From NCBI GenBank assembly GCA_001643675.2, contig LSRY02000053.1, positions 372,001-436,000 of the forward strand: DNA of 64,000 nucleotides, written 5' to 3'. The DNA comes from Monocercomonoides exilis PA203 (Eukaryota > Protista > Preaxostyla). Positions 37,601 through 56,259 of this stretch are shown here, in pieces. How positions within the stretch are numbered: position 1 is the stretch's first letter; every line of letters starts with the position of its first letter. The notes below the pieces were generated by a model. The model worked only from the letters and a program-made list of their open reading frames with translations. It ran no database searches and had not been told where the DNA came from. The translations under genes were made by a program, and so were the position numbers.

Positions 37601-39888
37601 ACGGGGATATGCTCTTCTTCTTCGTCTTCTTCTTCGTCTTCTCCTTTTCCTTCTCCTTCTTCTTTATCTTCGTTCTCATCTTCCTCTTCCTTTTCTTCTT
37701 TTGCTTTGCTTTTCTGTTTATCTTCTTCTTCTTCATCAATTCCTGTTCGTTTGTTCTCATCAACGATAATTGCGTCTGGCTTTTTGAAATGTTTCACTTC
37801 TTTTTCTTCATTCATTGAATCGTCTTCATCTTTCTGACTTTCATCTGCTTCTTTTTCAGTTCCCTTCAATTCATCAGTCGCCTTCTTCTTTTCTTCTTCC
37901 TCTTCTTCTTTTATTTCTTCTTCTTCTTCTTCTTTAGCTTCATTTTCATCTTTTTTATCGCCTTCACTTTTTTCTTCCTTTTCCTTTTCCTTTTCCTCTT
38001 CCTCTTCCTCGTCTTCCACCCCAATAGGAGCAAGAAACATGTCCTTTGACGGCTTCAGCTTCTCCTTCAGCTCTTCGTCTGTCATTTCACTCAGTGTTCC
38101 CCCCATTTCAGACGCATCTTCGTCTTTCCAGTCACTTTCACTGCCATCTTCGCTTTCTGTTTCATTCTCTTTTTCTTTTTCTTCTTTTTCTTTTTCCTTT
38201 TCCTTTTCTGTTTCTGTTTCTTTCTCTCTTTCTTTCTCATTCTCCTTTTCATTCTCTTCTTCATCTGATTCTTTTGGTGTTTCTTCGTTTTCACCATCTC
38301 CATCCTTTGTTCCTTTCACTTCTTCTTCCTCTTCCTTTTCCTCTTCCTCTTTCCTCTTCTCTTTCTCTTCTTCCTCTTCTTTCTCCTTCTCTTTATCCGA
38401 CTCTTCATCTTCATCCACAAAGTCATCCCATTCATCTGCATAATCGCTTTCTTCATTCGTCTGCTTCTTTTTCTCTGTTTTATTTTCTCCATCTTCTGCT
38501 TCACTTTCATCTCCTTTCTTTCCTCTGCTTCTTTCTTTCCTCATCTTCTCCTCTTCTGCCTCTTCTTTCTCTTCTTCTTCTTTGTCTTTGATTGTGTTGA
38601 AGGAGTCTTCAATCTCTTCAACAATTGGCTCAATTGTCGCTGTCGTCTTCTTCAGCCACGAAGCAAACGGACTTTCAAATTCATCATCATCATCTTCTTC
38701 TTTCTCTTCTTCTTCTTCTGTTTGTTTTTCTTCATTTTCATTTCCTTTTCCACCAGTTTCTTCTTCTGCTTCCTCCCCATTTTCGAAGTCTAATTCATAA
38801 ATATCTTTTTCCGCCTCTTCTTTTTCTCGTTTTCTTTCTTTTTCTTCTTCTTTTTCCTTTCGTTTCCTCTCTTCTTCCTCTTTCTTTCTTTTTCTCTCTT
38901 CTTCTTCTTCTTCTTTCCTTCTTCTTTCTTCTTCTTCTCTTCTCTCTTTCTCTTCTCGCAAACTATTCAATTTCGCTTTCGCTTCTTTTATCTGCTTTCT
39001 TCCAATCCAAAAATCTTCAATTTTTCCAACTGCCTTCTTCTTCTTCTTCTTTTCTTCTTCTTCCATTTTTATTCTTTCTTCTTCTTCTTCTTCTCTTCTT
39101 CTTCGCTCTTCCTCTTCTTTCTTCCTTTCTTCCTCTTCCTTCTTTTTCCTCTCTTCCTCTTTTCTTCTTTTCTCTTCTTCCTCTTTCCTTTTTCTTTCCT
39201 CTTCTTTCTTCCTCTTCTCCTCCATCTCCTTCTTTCTTTGTTCTTCTAATCTTCTTTTTCTTTCCTCTTCTTTCTTCTTTCTCTCTTCTGCCTCTTTTCT
39301 TTTCCTTTCTTCTTCTTCTTCTTCTCTCTTTCTAATTTCTTCTTCAATTCTCAATCTTTCTTCTTCTTCTTCTTCTTCTTTTCTTCTCCTTTCCTCTTCC
39401 TCTTCCTCTTCCTCCTCTTTTCGTTTCCTTTCTTCTTCTTCTCTTTGCCTTTTTTCCATTTCTTCTTTCTTTCTTCTTTCTTCTTCTTCTTTCCTTTTCT
39501 TTTCAAGTTCTTCTCTTCTCCTTCTTTCCTCTTCCTCCCTTTTCAATTTCTCTTCCTCTTCTTTTTTCTTCCTTTTTTCTTCCTCCTCTTTTCGTTTTCG
39601 CTCCGCTTCTTCTCTTCTCTTCCTCTCTTCTTCCTCTTTCTTCTTTCTTTCTTCCTCTTTCCTCAAACGTTCCTCTTCCTCCTCCTTCTTTCTCCTCTCT
39701 TCTTCTTCTTCTTCTTCTTCTTTCCTTCTCCTTTCTTCCTCCTCTTCCTCTTCTTTTCTTTTCTTTTCTTCTCTCAGATATTCAAGCTCTTCTTTCGCTT
39801 CTTCGACTTGCATTTGAGATATCCACCAATCTTCAATACATCTAACTGCCTTCATCTTTCTTTCCATTTCTCTTTCTCTTTCTCTTTC

Positions 39889-39919
<31 letters not shown>

Positions 39920-42900
39920 CTTTCATTCTCCTCTTCTTCTTCTCTTCTTCTTCTTTCCTCTTCTTCCTCCTCTTCTCTTCTTTTTTTCTCTTCTTCCTCT
40001 TTTTTCTTCCTCAACTCTTCTTCCTTTCTTTTAATATCTTCTTCTATTTTCTTCAGTTTCTCCTCTTCCTCCTTCCTCTTCTTCTCCTCTTCCATTTCTT
40101 TCATTCTTCTTCTCTTCTCTTCTCTCTTCTTTCTCTCTTCTTCTCTTCTCAATCTCTCTTCTTCTTCTTTTTTCGCTTTCTCTTCTTCTTCTTTTCTTGC
40201 TTTTTCTTCTTCTTCTTCCCTTTTCCTTCTTTCCTCTTCCTCTTTCTCTGCCTCTTTTTTCTGCTCCTCCTCTATTTTCTTTGCCATCATTTCGAGCTCA
40301 TACTCGTCATCATCACTTTTCTCTCTTTCTTCTTCAGAATCATCGCTCCTCTCTTCCTCCTCTTCCTCTTCCTCTTCCTCTCTTTCTTCTCCCTCTTCCT
40401 CTTCTCCCTCTTCTTCGTCTTTCATCTTTTCAAACGTTTCTATTGCCTTTTCTCTTTTTTTCCTCTCAATCATTTTTCCAAGATACTCATCCATCTTTCT
40501 TTCCATTTCCTTCTGTTTTTCCTTCTTTCTCCTTTTTCTGATCTCTTTCCGTATTCTGTTCCACCTCTCATCTTCTTCGTATTCATCTTCGCTTCTTCCT
40601 CCTCTTTCGCTGTCTTCTTCTCTTCCGAATTCTGAATCACTGTCGCTTCTTCCTTCTTCGTGAAATCGATTTCTTGTTCTTCTTTCTCTTTCTCTCTCCT
40701 TTTCCCTTTCTCTTTCTCTTTCTCTCCTCCTCTCTCTTCTTTCTCTTCTTCTCAATTCTTTTTCCTCTTTATCCTCTTCCTCTTCCTCCTCGTCATAAAC
40801 ATCATCATGATCATATGGCTTAATCTTTGACAGAGGAGGAGGCGGAGGCAAAGAAGAGAACAATTTGGAAGCAGTGAAAGGAGCATTTCGTTTAGATGGA
40901 GTGTGTGAATGATAAGGTTGAGCATCTTTTGTGTAGGAAGAATGAGGATAATGTGACAATTGCGGTTGATTGAAGGAAGAAGAAGAAGAAAATGGAGAAG
41001 AAGAAGAAAGAGAAGAAGAAGAAGAAGGTAGCATTGAAGAAGGATATGGCAAAGCGTCTGATTGATATGGATAGCGAGTGTTTAGCGAAGAAGATGTTGA
41101 TTGAAGTGAAGAAGGAGGAAGAGAAGGAAGAGAAGAAAGAGGGGGAGGAGGTGGAGGTGGAGGTGGAGGTGGAGGAGGAGGAAGGAGAAAAGGCAAGTTT
41201 TGAGGGTGATAAGAAGGATAGGATGATTGCAAAGAACGCTGGTAAGAAGGAGAAGTTTGAAGTGCTGAAGTGAATGGCGATGAAGTGTATGTGGAAGAAG
41301 GCGAAGTGAAGTTTTGGTTGGTTTGTGGCAGAGAAGCTGGGTATGAATTTGGTGGAGATGGAGCAGAAGAGAAGGAAGAAGAGGCAGAATACTGGGGAGG
41401 AGGAAGAGGAAGAGGTGGAAGAGAAGAAGAAGAAGAAGAAGAAGATGATGATGATGAACCAGTTGAATGAAGAGGGAAAGAAGAAGAAGAAAGAGATGGA
41501 GGAGGAGGACGAGAAGAAGCAGAAGGAGCAATCAAAGAAGGCGGAAATGCAGTTGGTGGAAGAGGCGCCCAGGTTGAGGAGGAAAGAGGAAGATCTGATG
41601 GATTGCGGAGAGAGGAAGAGATTGGAGTGGAAGAAGAAGAAGAGGAAGAAGAAGAAGAAGGAAATGGCGCAGAAGAAGAGTGGAAAGTGACGGGAGAAGA
41701 TTTTGTTGTGTCGTTGAATTGAACATTTTGAGTGTGTGGATGTTGAAGTGGAAGAGATGATAAGGAAGAAGAGGAGGAAGAAAGAGAAGAGGAAGAAGAA
41801 GAGGAGGAAGAAGAAGAAGAAGCAGGATATGTTGGCACAGAAGGAGTCAATGGCATATGCGCATCTTCTGCTTCAAACGCCATCTGCTCCACAATCTGTT
41901 CATTTGAATTGGATTTCTCTTTCTCTTTCTCTTTTTTCTTTTTTTCTTTCTCTTTCTCTTTCTCCTTCTTCTCCTTCTTTTCTTTCTTCTTTTCTTTCTC
42001 TTTCTTTTTTTCCTTTTTTGATTGTTTCTCATTCAACTTTTCTTTCTTCTTTTTGTGAAAGATGTATTTGTCATCTTCTTCTGAAGATTCACTTTTTGAA
42101 GAGGAAGAAGAAGAAGATGATGATGATATTGCTGAAGAAGACAAGGATGATGAAGAGGCAGAAGAAGAAGAGTCTGCAGAAGATGACAAAGAAGAAGAAG
42201 AAGATGAGGAGGAGGAGGAGGAAGAAGATGTTTCTGAAGAACTTGAAGATTCTTCACTATCATTTTCTGATTCTGAAGCAATTTTCCCTTTTTTCTTTGA
42301 AGAAAATTTGCCTTTTTTCAATTTATTTTTATCTTCTTTTTCTTCTTTCTTGTTCTTTTTCTTCTTTTTCTTTTCTTCTTCTTCTTCGCTTCCTTTTTCA
42401 CTTTCTTCTTCAACAAATTTCTTTTTTCCTTTCGCTTTCTCCTTTTTCTCGTTCTGATTTGCTTTTCTTTCTTTATTCTTCGTTTGTTTCGCTTTCGTTT
42501 CTTCTCCTATCATTTTTTCATTCTTCATCTTCTTTTTGTCAGTTTTCGCTTTTGATTTCTTTTCTTCTTCTTCTTCTTCTTTTTCTTTTCCTTCTTCTTC
42601 TCTTTCTTCTGTTTCAGAACGTGGCGTATGCATCAGCAAATCATTTTCATCATCATTATCTTCTTCTTTTCCTTCACTTCTTTCATTATCTTCTTCTTCC
42701 ACTTCTCCTTTTTTCACTTTATTCGTCTTTTTTGAAGGAGAACTTAGTTTTCCAAGTATCTTTCGAGCTAATCCTTCATCTTCATTCCTTTCCCTCATTT
42801 TGTCTTCTTCTTCTCTTTCACCTTCCCCTTCTCCTTTTCTTTCTCCTTTTCTTTCTCTTTCTCCTTCTTCTGTCACATTTCTCTTTCTCTCCTCCTCTTT

Positions 42901-45788
42901 CAATCTGCTCTCCTTCATCAGATTCGCCAGCAGCAAAGGTGTTGTTTTTTCCTTCTTCTTCTTCTTCTTCTTCTTTTTGTTGATGTTACTTGCTCCAAAA
43001 GGCAGAGGAGCTGGGCTGAAGAAGGGAGAAGGCCGAGCAGATGAGAAAGGAAAAGGCGAAGAAAAAGCAGAAGGAACAGAATTTGCATAAGGAGAGGCTA
43101 AATTCGCCATTGGTTGCATTCGAGATGAAGCAGAGGACAAAGAAGGAGACGAGAAAAGTAGGGAAGAAGGAGGGAGAGAAGAAGAAGAGGAGGAAGAAGA
43201 AGAAGAAGAAGAAGAAGAGGAAGGAAATGTGGGAAGAAGAGGAGTTGTAACAGCTGCTGCAGGCTGTGCTGGTGTTGCTATTTGAGCAGGTGAATAATAC
43301 AAAGAAGAAGAAGAAGGCAACGAAGAAGAAGGAAGAGGAGCAGAAGCAGATGATTGAGAAGGAACGAGAAGGCGATTGTGTTCAGTTGGTGTGACAGTCA
43401 ATGAACGCAACGGCTCCATTTGAGATGTTTTCGAAGTTGTATTTGCATTTTCTCTTTCTTTCAGCATTTCTTCCTTTCTTTTCTTTTCCTCTTCTTCTTT
43501 TCTCTTTCTTTCGGCTTCTTCTCTTCTAACTCTTTCTTCTTCTTCTTCCTCTTTTTTCTTTCTCTTTCTCTCTTCCTCTTCCCTCTTCAATCTTTCTTCT
43601 TCTTCTGCTCTTCTTTTCTTTTCTTCTTCCATTCTTTCTCTTCTCCTTCTTTCTCTCTCTTCCTTTTCTTTTTCCTTTTCCCTTTCTTCTCTTTCTTTCT
43701 CTTCTCTTTCTCTTTTTTCTTTTTCCATTTTAAGCTTCGCTTCCAACTGTTGCAATTTCTTTTTCATTTCTTCCTCTTCTTTCCTCTTCTTCTTCTCTTG
43801 TTCTTCCTTTAATTTCTGCTTTTTCAGTTCTTTTTCTCTCATTTCTTTCTCTTTCTCTTCTTTCGCCTTCTTCTCTTTCTCTTGTCTTCTCTTTTCTCTT
43901 TCTCTCTCCTTTTCTTTTTCCTTTCTTTCAATCTCCTTTTTCCTTTCCATTTCATATTCTGCCTCTTTCCTTGTCAGCTCTTCCAATTCTTTCATCATTT
44001 TGTTCCGCTTTTCTTCGAATTTCTTTTCTTCTTCTTTTCTTTTCCTCTCTTCCTCTGCTCTTTTCTTCCTCTCTTCTTCCTTCTTCCTTTTCCGTTCAAG
44101 TTCCTTTGCCTCTCTTTCTTCCTCTTTCTTTCTTTTCCGCAGCTCCTCCTTTTCTCTGTTTATTTTCTCTTCTCTTTCCCTTTCCTTTTCCCTTTCTTTC
44201 TCTCTTTCTCTTTCTCTTTCTCTTTCTCTTTCTCTCCTCTCTTGTTCTTCCTTCTCTCTCCTCTCCTTCTCCTTCAGCTGAGCCACATATTCCATCTCAG
44301 GAAAAGCAGTCTGCAAATAGGGAGAAGTCAGTGGCAATGGCAAAGGAGAGGCAGAAGGCGCTGAAAAGGGGAAAGGGACAGCCGGAGGCGGTACAGAAGG
44401 AGAAGCCAGCATCTGAACAGGAAGGGAAGCAGGCGGGGGATAAGGAGCAGAAGGGTTTTGGTATTGAAGTGAAGAAGGAGGGAATGAAGAAGCAGGTTGG
44501 CTGTATGTGGCAAAGGGGCTTGGCTGAAGTGGAGAAGGAAGCGGAGTGCTCTGAGGAAACGGGGCAGAGGGGGTCATGTTGAACTGGGAGCCGAGGAATT
44601 GGTGTGTGTTTTGTGGGAGAGGCGTTGAAGTGACAGAGGTTGTGGACTGAGGAGTGGAATACGGCTGAATGGTGTCTTGTGGAAGACTGAACTGAGGCTG
44701 GGGAGGAAGTTGAGCTGGAGGGAATTGGTTTTGCGGTTGTTGCTGTGGAAGCTGCTGCTGCTGCTGCTGCTGTGTCTGAAGTGCATTTGGTGAGCGGGAT
44801 TGGTGGTGAGTGTGACGAGGACGAGGCGGAAGCGAATTTTCGGCTTTTAAAGAGCGAGTCGATTCAGACGTGTGAAGAGTGCGGGGAGGTGGATGCAGTT
44901 TAGGCAAAGGAGGACGAGAAGGTGGCAAACGAGAAGGAGATGGGGAAGAAGCGGAATATGAGGCATAAGAGGAAGCAGAAGAAGGACGATGGTAATGCTT
45001 TCTGTGACGATGTCTATAATGACTTCGATGAGTCAATGGTGTGATTGGAGGAGATTCCGAGTAACTTCCAATTGAAGAAACAGAGGAACGTCTTGTTGGA
45101 GAAAATGATGGAGTGCTGCTTGTTGTAAATGATTCTGATTCAGATTCAGAATAAATTTCTTGATCTTGTTTTCCAGTTTTCTGAGATGGAGAATGATATC
45201 TGTTGCTTGTTGGTGAACGAGCACCAGATGCTTTTGAACGAGGAGAAGGAGAAATGGTGACATGCGTATGACGTCTTGTCCTAGATGTTTGTTTTGGTGT
45301 TGATTTTAGTGGATGTGAAGTGATGTGCTCTGTTTGTTCCTGGAGCTTTCGATGTTTCGATGCAAATGGAAATCCTGATTCTGTAACTGAAGGCTTCCCT
45401 AAAGAAATTTCTTTAAATTGTCTCGGTGATAAAACAGATTCTGAGGATTTTCTACGGGGAGAAACAGATGTTTGAAGTTTTGGAGGAGAAAGACTGTCAT
45501 GGTGCGGAGGGGATGATAATTGGCGTAAATAAGAAGGTGAACGTTTTGCTGCAGCTTTCTTTTTTGTAGAAACCTTCTTTTTAGTTGATGCTTTTGGCTT
45601 AGAAACTCCTTTTTTCGAATTTTGAACTTTTTTTGGAGTCGACGTTGGCCGTCGTTTTACGTTCGATTGGTTATCTGTAAAATATTTATAAAAATAAAAA
45701 GAAATTTATAAAAATTAAGATGTTGCATCATAATCATGTTCACACTTGAAATCATGAAATGAAATTTTGAACCATTAGACATCCCCAT
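34630..45788 (-). CDS. Giant (~3695 aa) low-complexity/charged-helix protein with two IQ-like motifs and a possible CEP350/TRM-like (DUF4378) C-terminus; intron 45675-45745
   Basis: The 3468-aa ORF frame stays open to 45674, and a phase-1 intron links it to ATG 45788. IQ-like AVRCIEDWW and AVGKIEDFWIGRKQ. C-terminal AYRSALNDCFEEI and EKW...KIQQFFEDILEE. The CDS is solid; the family call is tentative. Confidence 0.75.
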
Positions 45789-46109
45789 ACTGCGATAAAT
45801 TAGATCAACATTTTTTTGAAATTTATTTGAACAAAAATCTAATTAAATTAATATTATCGTTGAACAAAAAGACAATAAAATGCAAGAGATGCACTGTTTA
45901 TTATTTTTGCTTCATTTTTTAATGAAAATGTTGATTTAAAAAAATAAAATAAAAAATATTATTAAATTATGAAAATCATTGAAAGAAGCGTGAGAACAAG
46001 ATAAATTATTGAGAAATTCAATCAATTTGGATTAAATCAAATGAGGTTTTGAACGGTTTATAACTTTCATTGTTTCTTTCTGCTTTTTATATTATTTGAT
46101 TTTTATAAT

Positions 46110-49100
46110 TCAGCTTGAAAATTCTTCTTTTTCTTCCTCTGTTTCGCCATCCTTCCCATCATCCATTTCATCCAAGCCCCAGCGTCTAGCAATAAGAGCA
46201 ATCTCTTTCATTGCCTTGTCTTGTTCTGTTTCTTTATTTGGTATAAGTTTGAGATATTCCTGCTCTCTTCGTAAATGTTCCAATTCAAATTGAGCATTAT
46301 GATAACTATCAGAGCGAGTTGCATTCTTATTTGAAGAAGAAGAAGAAGAAGGAGAAGAAATATTTTCCCCTTCTTCTCCCTCTTCTTCCTTTGATTCTTC
46401 TTCCATTTTCTTCTCTTCATCATCACAATTTCCATTTTCATTGTCATCCTTTTGCTTATCTTCTGAAGATGCTTTTGAACATTTCTCGTTTTCGTTTTGT
46501 TTTTCATTCTCACATTTCATTCCACAACTTTGTCCAAATAAATTTTCATATTGTTTTCTTTCTTCTTCTCTTTCTTTGTTTTGAATTCCCTTTGAAGAAT
46601 CCGTTTCCTCTGAAGAAGTTTCTGTTGAAGTTACTTTACTGTTCTTCTTCTTATTTGATCTCTTTTTGCTCTTTTTCTCTTCAAAATCTTCGCTTTCATC
46701 TTTTTCACCCTCAAAATCATCGTCATCGAAGTCGTCGTCATCATCGTCATCTTCTTCATCTTCTGTTTCATCTTCGTTTTTCCCTGTTGAAGGTGATCTG
46801 CTCAATGATGAATGCAGCATTTCCTTCCTCAGCGCATTCAATGCACTTTCTCGCGATCGAAATCGCCTTGTTGTCATTTTCTCGTTCTTTTCAGTCAATT
46901 CTAATGCATCTTCAATTAACTTTTCTTTCGTCTTCTTTTGCTTTTTGTCTTTTTCTTTTTCCTTTTCTTTCTTCTTCTTTTTGTCTTTCTCTTTCTCTTT
47001 ATCTTTCTCTTTCTCCTTCTCCTTCTCTTTCCCCTTCTTTTTCTTCTCCTCCATTTTCTCCATCATCTTCTCACTATTCACTTTTCCAACATCACCCGAA
47101 TCTCTTTCATTTAGTATAGGCAATTGTGTTTGAGACATAAACAAAGGCTGCGCCTGAGGTTGAATATGAGTCTGATTTTGCATCTGGCTCTGTTGATTGT
47201 TTGGTTGAACGTGCTCTGAAAGAAATGGAACAGGAAATGAAACAGAAGAAGGCGAAAGAGGCGGCTGTGGAGGTGCAGAAACGAAAGGAGAAGGAGCCGC
47301 TGGGTATGAAGACTGGAATAAAGGAGGAGAAGGAAGAGAGGCAAATGAAGAAGAAGAAGAAGAAGAAGAAGAAGAAGGCATTGAAGCAGAGGATGGAAAC
47401 AGCTGACTCTGTTGTGTGTTAGTTGATGGAGCTGTTTCATTTATTGTTTTTTGAATGGAAGGCTGCGACTGTGACATTTGCATCAAAGAAGGGTTGGACA
47501 ATGTTTGACTGGAAGATTGTAAAGGAGAATCACTTGATTTTGACAGGAGCGATCTTGAGGAAGCACCTGAGGAAGAAAGAGGAAGAGAAGAAGAAGAAGA
47601 AGAGGAAGAAAGAGAAATACGAGAAGAAGAACCAGATGTTGTGCCAAAAGATGAGGAAGATGGCTTTCTTGATGTGGGGAAGAGAGGAGGAGATGGGATG
47701 GGAGGAAGAACAGGAGAAGGAGAACGAAGAGAAGTGAAATTTCGATTGGAAGAAGAAGAAGAGGAGGAGGAGGATGAAGAGGTGGAAGGAAATGAAGAAG
47801 ATGAAGAAGAACTGCCGCTTCCAAACATTCTTGGCGAAGGTGGAGGAACAAAACGGAGTTTTGTGGATGAACCAATTGAAGCTGGTTTTGATGCAAAACA
47901 TGAAGAATCGTTTGATGAAAGAGAAGAAGAAGAGGAAGAAGACGATGTTGATAGGCGATTTCCTTCGAAACGAGAAGATTTTGGACCTTTGAGGAATGGC
48001 ATGCCTGATCGTTGTGGTGGCCAGAGTGATAAAGAAGATCGTAAAGGATTCGAAGAAGAAGAGGATGGAAATGAAGAAGAAGAAGAAGATGATGATGATG
48101 ATGAGGCTGATGTATTGCGAGGAGAATTGCGTGGGAGGCACAATTCCTCCACAAACTTCATCAGTTCTTTGAACTCTGTGTTTTCTTTTTCTTCCTCGTT
48201 CATCCGCTCAATCATCGCTTTTTTGGCTTTAGCTCTCATCTTCTTTTTCGCTGCGGTTGCTTCTTCCAGCACAGCTCTCCTTCTTCTCTCGTTTTCGGCT
48301 TCGTTGTCTGTGAAAGAAGAAGAAGAAGAAGAAGAAGAAGAAGAAGATGTTGAATGGCTCATCAACCATTTAATGAATGGATCGTTTTCTGGAGCATCAG
48401 GTTTGTTGAGAAGGTATTCCAAGTCATCTTGTGGCGATGAAGAGGAAAGAGAATGGGGGAAATTGTGTTTTTCTGAAGGAGCAGAGGAAGAAGCTGAAGA
48501 ATAAGATGAAGAATTATTTGAGGAGGAGGAAGAGGAGGAAGAGGAAGAAGCTGTTGAGTCTGGAAATGTGTTTGGTGATGCAAAAACAGAAGATGAACGA
48601 AGAGGCAAAGGTTGAGATTCATTGAATGGTTCACTTTTGTTCTTCGTTTCTGAAGATGAAGTTGGCTCTTCATCAACTGAAAATCGAATTTTGTTTATAA
48701 AAAAATGTTATTGAAAGCAAAATGTTTCAAAGAACATCATTTATAATTGAAGGTTTTGTCAAAAAAAATACACATATTTTTTAGTATTTCAAAACCAGTG
48801 GCAAAAAAAATTGAGCAATTACAGCATTAATCAAAGAAGACATTACAAGCAAATTCACACATTCTTCACCCAACAAGTCTCTCAGCATTTGTGCTTTTCT
48901 TCTTTCCATCTCTTTCTTCCTTTTCTGCTGTGCTGTTCCATTCTTTTTTATGCCATTTCCAGATTCTTCTGAAAATGTCTGATCTTTGCAATCATCTTCA
49001 CTTTCTTCTTTTTGCTTTGAAGAAAGCGTCGCTTGCTCCTCTTGTATTTCCTTTAATTCATTTCGCAACTTACGAAGGTTATTTATTTTTTGAATAATAA

Positions 49101-50203
49101 AATAAAAAAGGAAATTAAAGAAAAAGTCAGAATGTTTTGATTATTCTTAAAGAAGTTGTATCAAACATTTTTCAGTTTTGTTTCCTTTTCTCGCACTCTT
49201 TTTTTGGTCTCGTGGATCTCAGTTAATCTTCGAGTAAATTCCTATTCAAACAATTATTTAAGAACATTTAGAGTGAAAAGAATTGATTTCTTAATCCTTT
49301 GAAATAGCAAACATAATTTGCTCTTTGAGATAAATCTTCTGTTGATTGGAAGATTCTTTGACGAAGGATCTCTTCAGATACAGCATTAGCTTCAATATTT
49401 GCTTTCTTTTGACAATCTTTCTCATATTCAATCACCTGATCTTCAAGCTAATTGTTGAAATTTCAGTTGGATAAGTACAAATAATCTCTTTACAAAAATA
49501 AATATTAATATATGAAAAGAAAAACCATTTTTAATGATTCTTCATGCTTCTTTTTTGCGTTCACGTAAGCTTCATATTCAACTTTTTTCAACTGATTTTC
49601 TGTCAATATTTTTTGAAAAAAACGAAGAAGATATAATTTCTGATGATTATTAAGAATTAACAAAACCTATTTCATAATCATGAATCATTTCAACTTGGTC
49701 ATATGAAAGCAATCGGTTACTTCCAATTTCGCTGAATGCATTGAAGATTCCAATTAAATCAGATTGTTGCGAAGCATTCAAAATTGATCTATTTGAGGAA
49801 CTTTCTTGATGTTGTTCTTCCATTTTATTTCGAAGAAAAGTGTTATCTTCTTCAACATGAAGTAGTCTTAACATGTCCTCTGGAGGAAGTGTCAGAAGGC
49901 TCTGTTGTAAATCAGATTCAGAAACAAAAACTCTAAATGTTCCATCATATCCTTGTGAACTTAAATAAGAGGCTAAAAGTGCTTCTGTGGCTTGCATAGA
50001 TAGTTTTTTTGAAGATTTTTGTTTATGTTGATCTGATTTGTATGCATTTTCAAGAAAAGCTTCACGAACTTCATGCTTTCAAAATAATTCATTTTTTTGT
50101 AAGATAAATTAAAGAAAATAATAAATCTTACCTGAGCATTTTGCAAAATTCCTTTCCTTTTTAAGATGCGCTTTAAATCAATCTCTTGTTTGCTTTGCGC
50201 CAT
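46110..50203 (-). CDS. OFD1/FOP-family protein (TOF + LisH N-terminus, coiled coil, Ser-rich tail); multi-exon
   Basis: Spliced N-terminus LKRILKRKGILQNAQHEVREAFL...EALLASYLSSQGYDGTFRVFVSESDL fits the TON1/OFD1/FOP pattern. Coiled-coil exons at ~48850-49650 and a large last exon. Internal exon boundaries were not fully resolved. Confidence 0.65.
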
Positions 50204-50362
50204 GTTTTCTGATTCAATTTTTTCTCATAAAATAGTTGATGGGTTACAATCTTGTTTTCTTTCAATCGATGTTTTTCATAGCAAAGCGGATATTTGTGAC
50301 TATTGGATTGATTTCAAAAAAAATATTTTTATTGTTCCGGTTTATGATCACAATTTTTCCTC
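50204..50362. promoter_or_regulatory. Probable bidirectional promoter (159 bp)
   Basis: Divergent ATGs at 50203(-) and 50363(+). Confidence 0.5.
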
Positions 50363-55890
<5,528 letters not shown>

Positions 55891-55983
55891 AATCCAATTT
55901 ATCCAATTAAAAATTGACTTAATAAAACTTGTATTGTGCATTGCCTCCATCATCAGAAATATGTTTGTAGATTTTTTTGATTA

Positions 55984-56016
<33 letters not shown>

Positions 56017-56259
56017 AATATTTAAGAAATCTTTTCTGTACAAAAAGATGAATTATTTCGAAAAAAATAGAACAAAAAATCGTCAAATTAAAAATTTCAA
56101 AGAATCAAATACGATTGTAATTGCAATTAACATTATCCCTCGCCATGGGCATTTGAAAAAATGAAAAATCATATTACAGATAAACAGCTTTCTTAAGCAA
56201 AGCATAATCCAAATATATATGTGTGTCGTTCAATAGCACTTGAAATCCGATATTTATAA

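Noticed and set aside
34700-48700. Many Phe/Leu/Ser-rich plus-strand ORFs (also the short ORFs in 1-6600 and 51400-54700)
   Set aside because: They are antisense or off-frame shadows of GAA/TCT-rich coding sequence, which lacks stops by composition.
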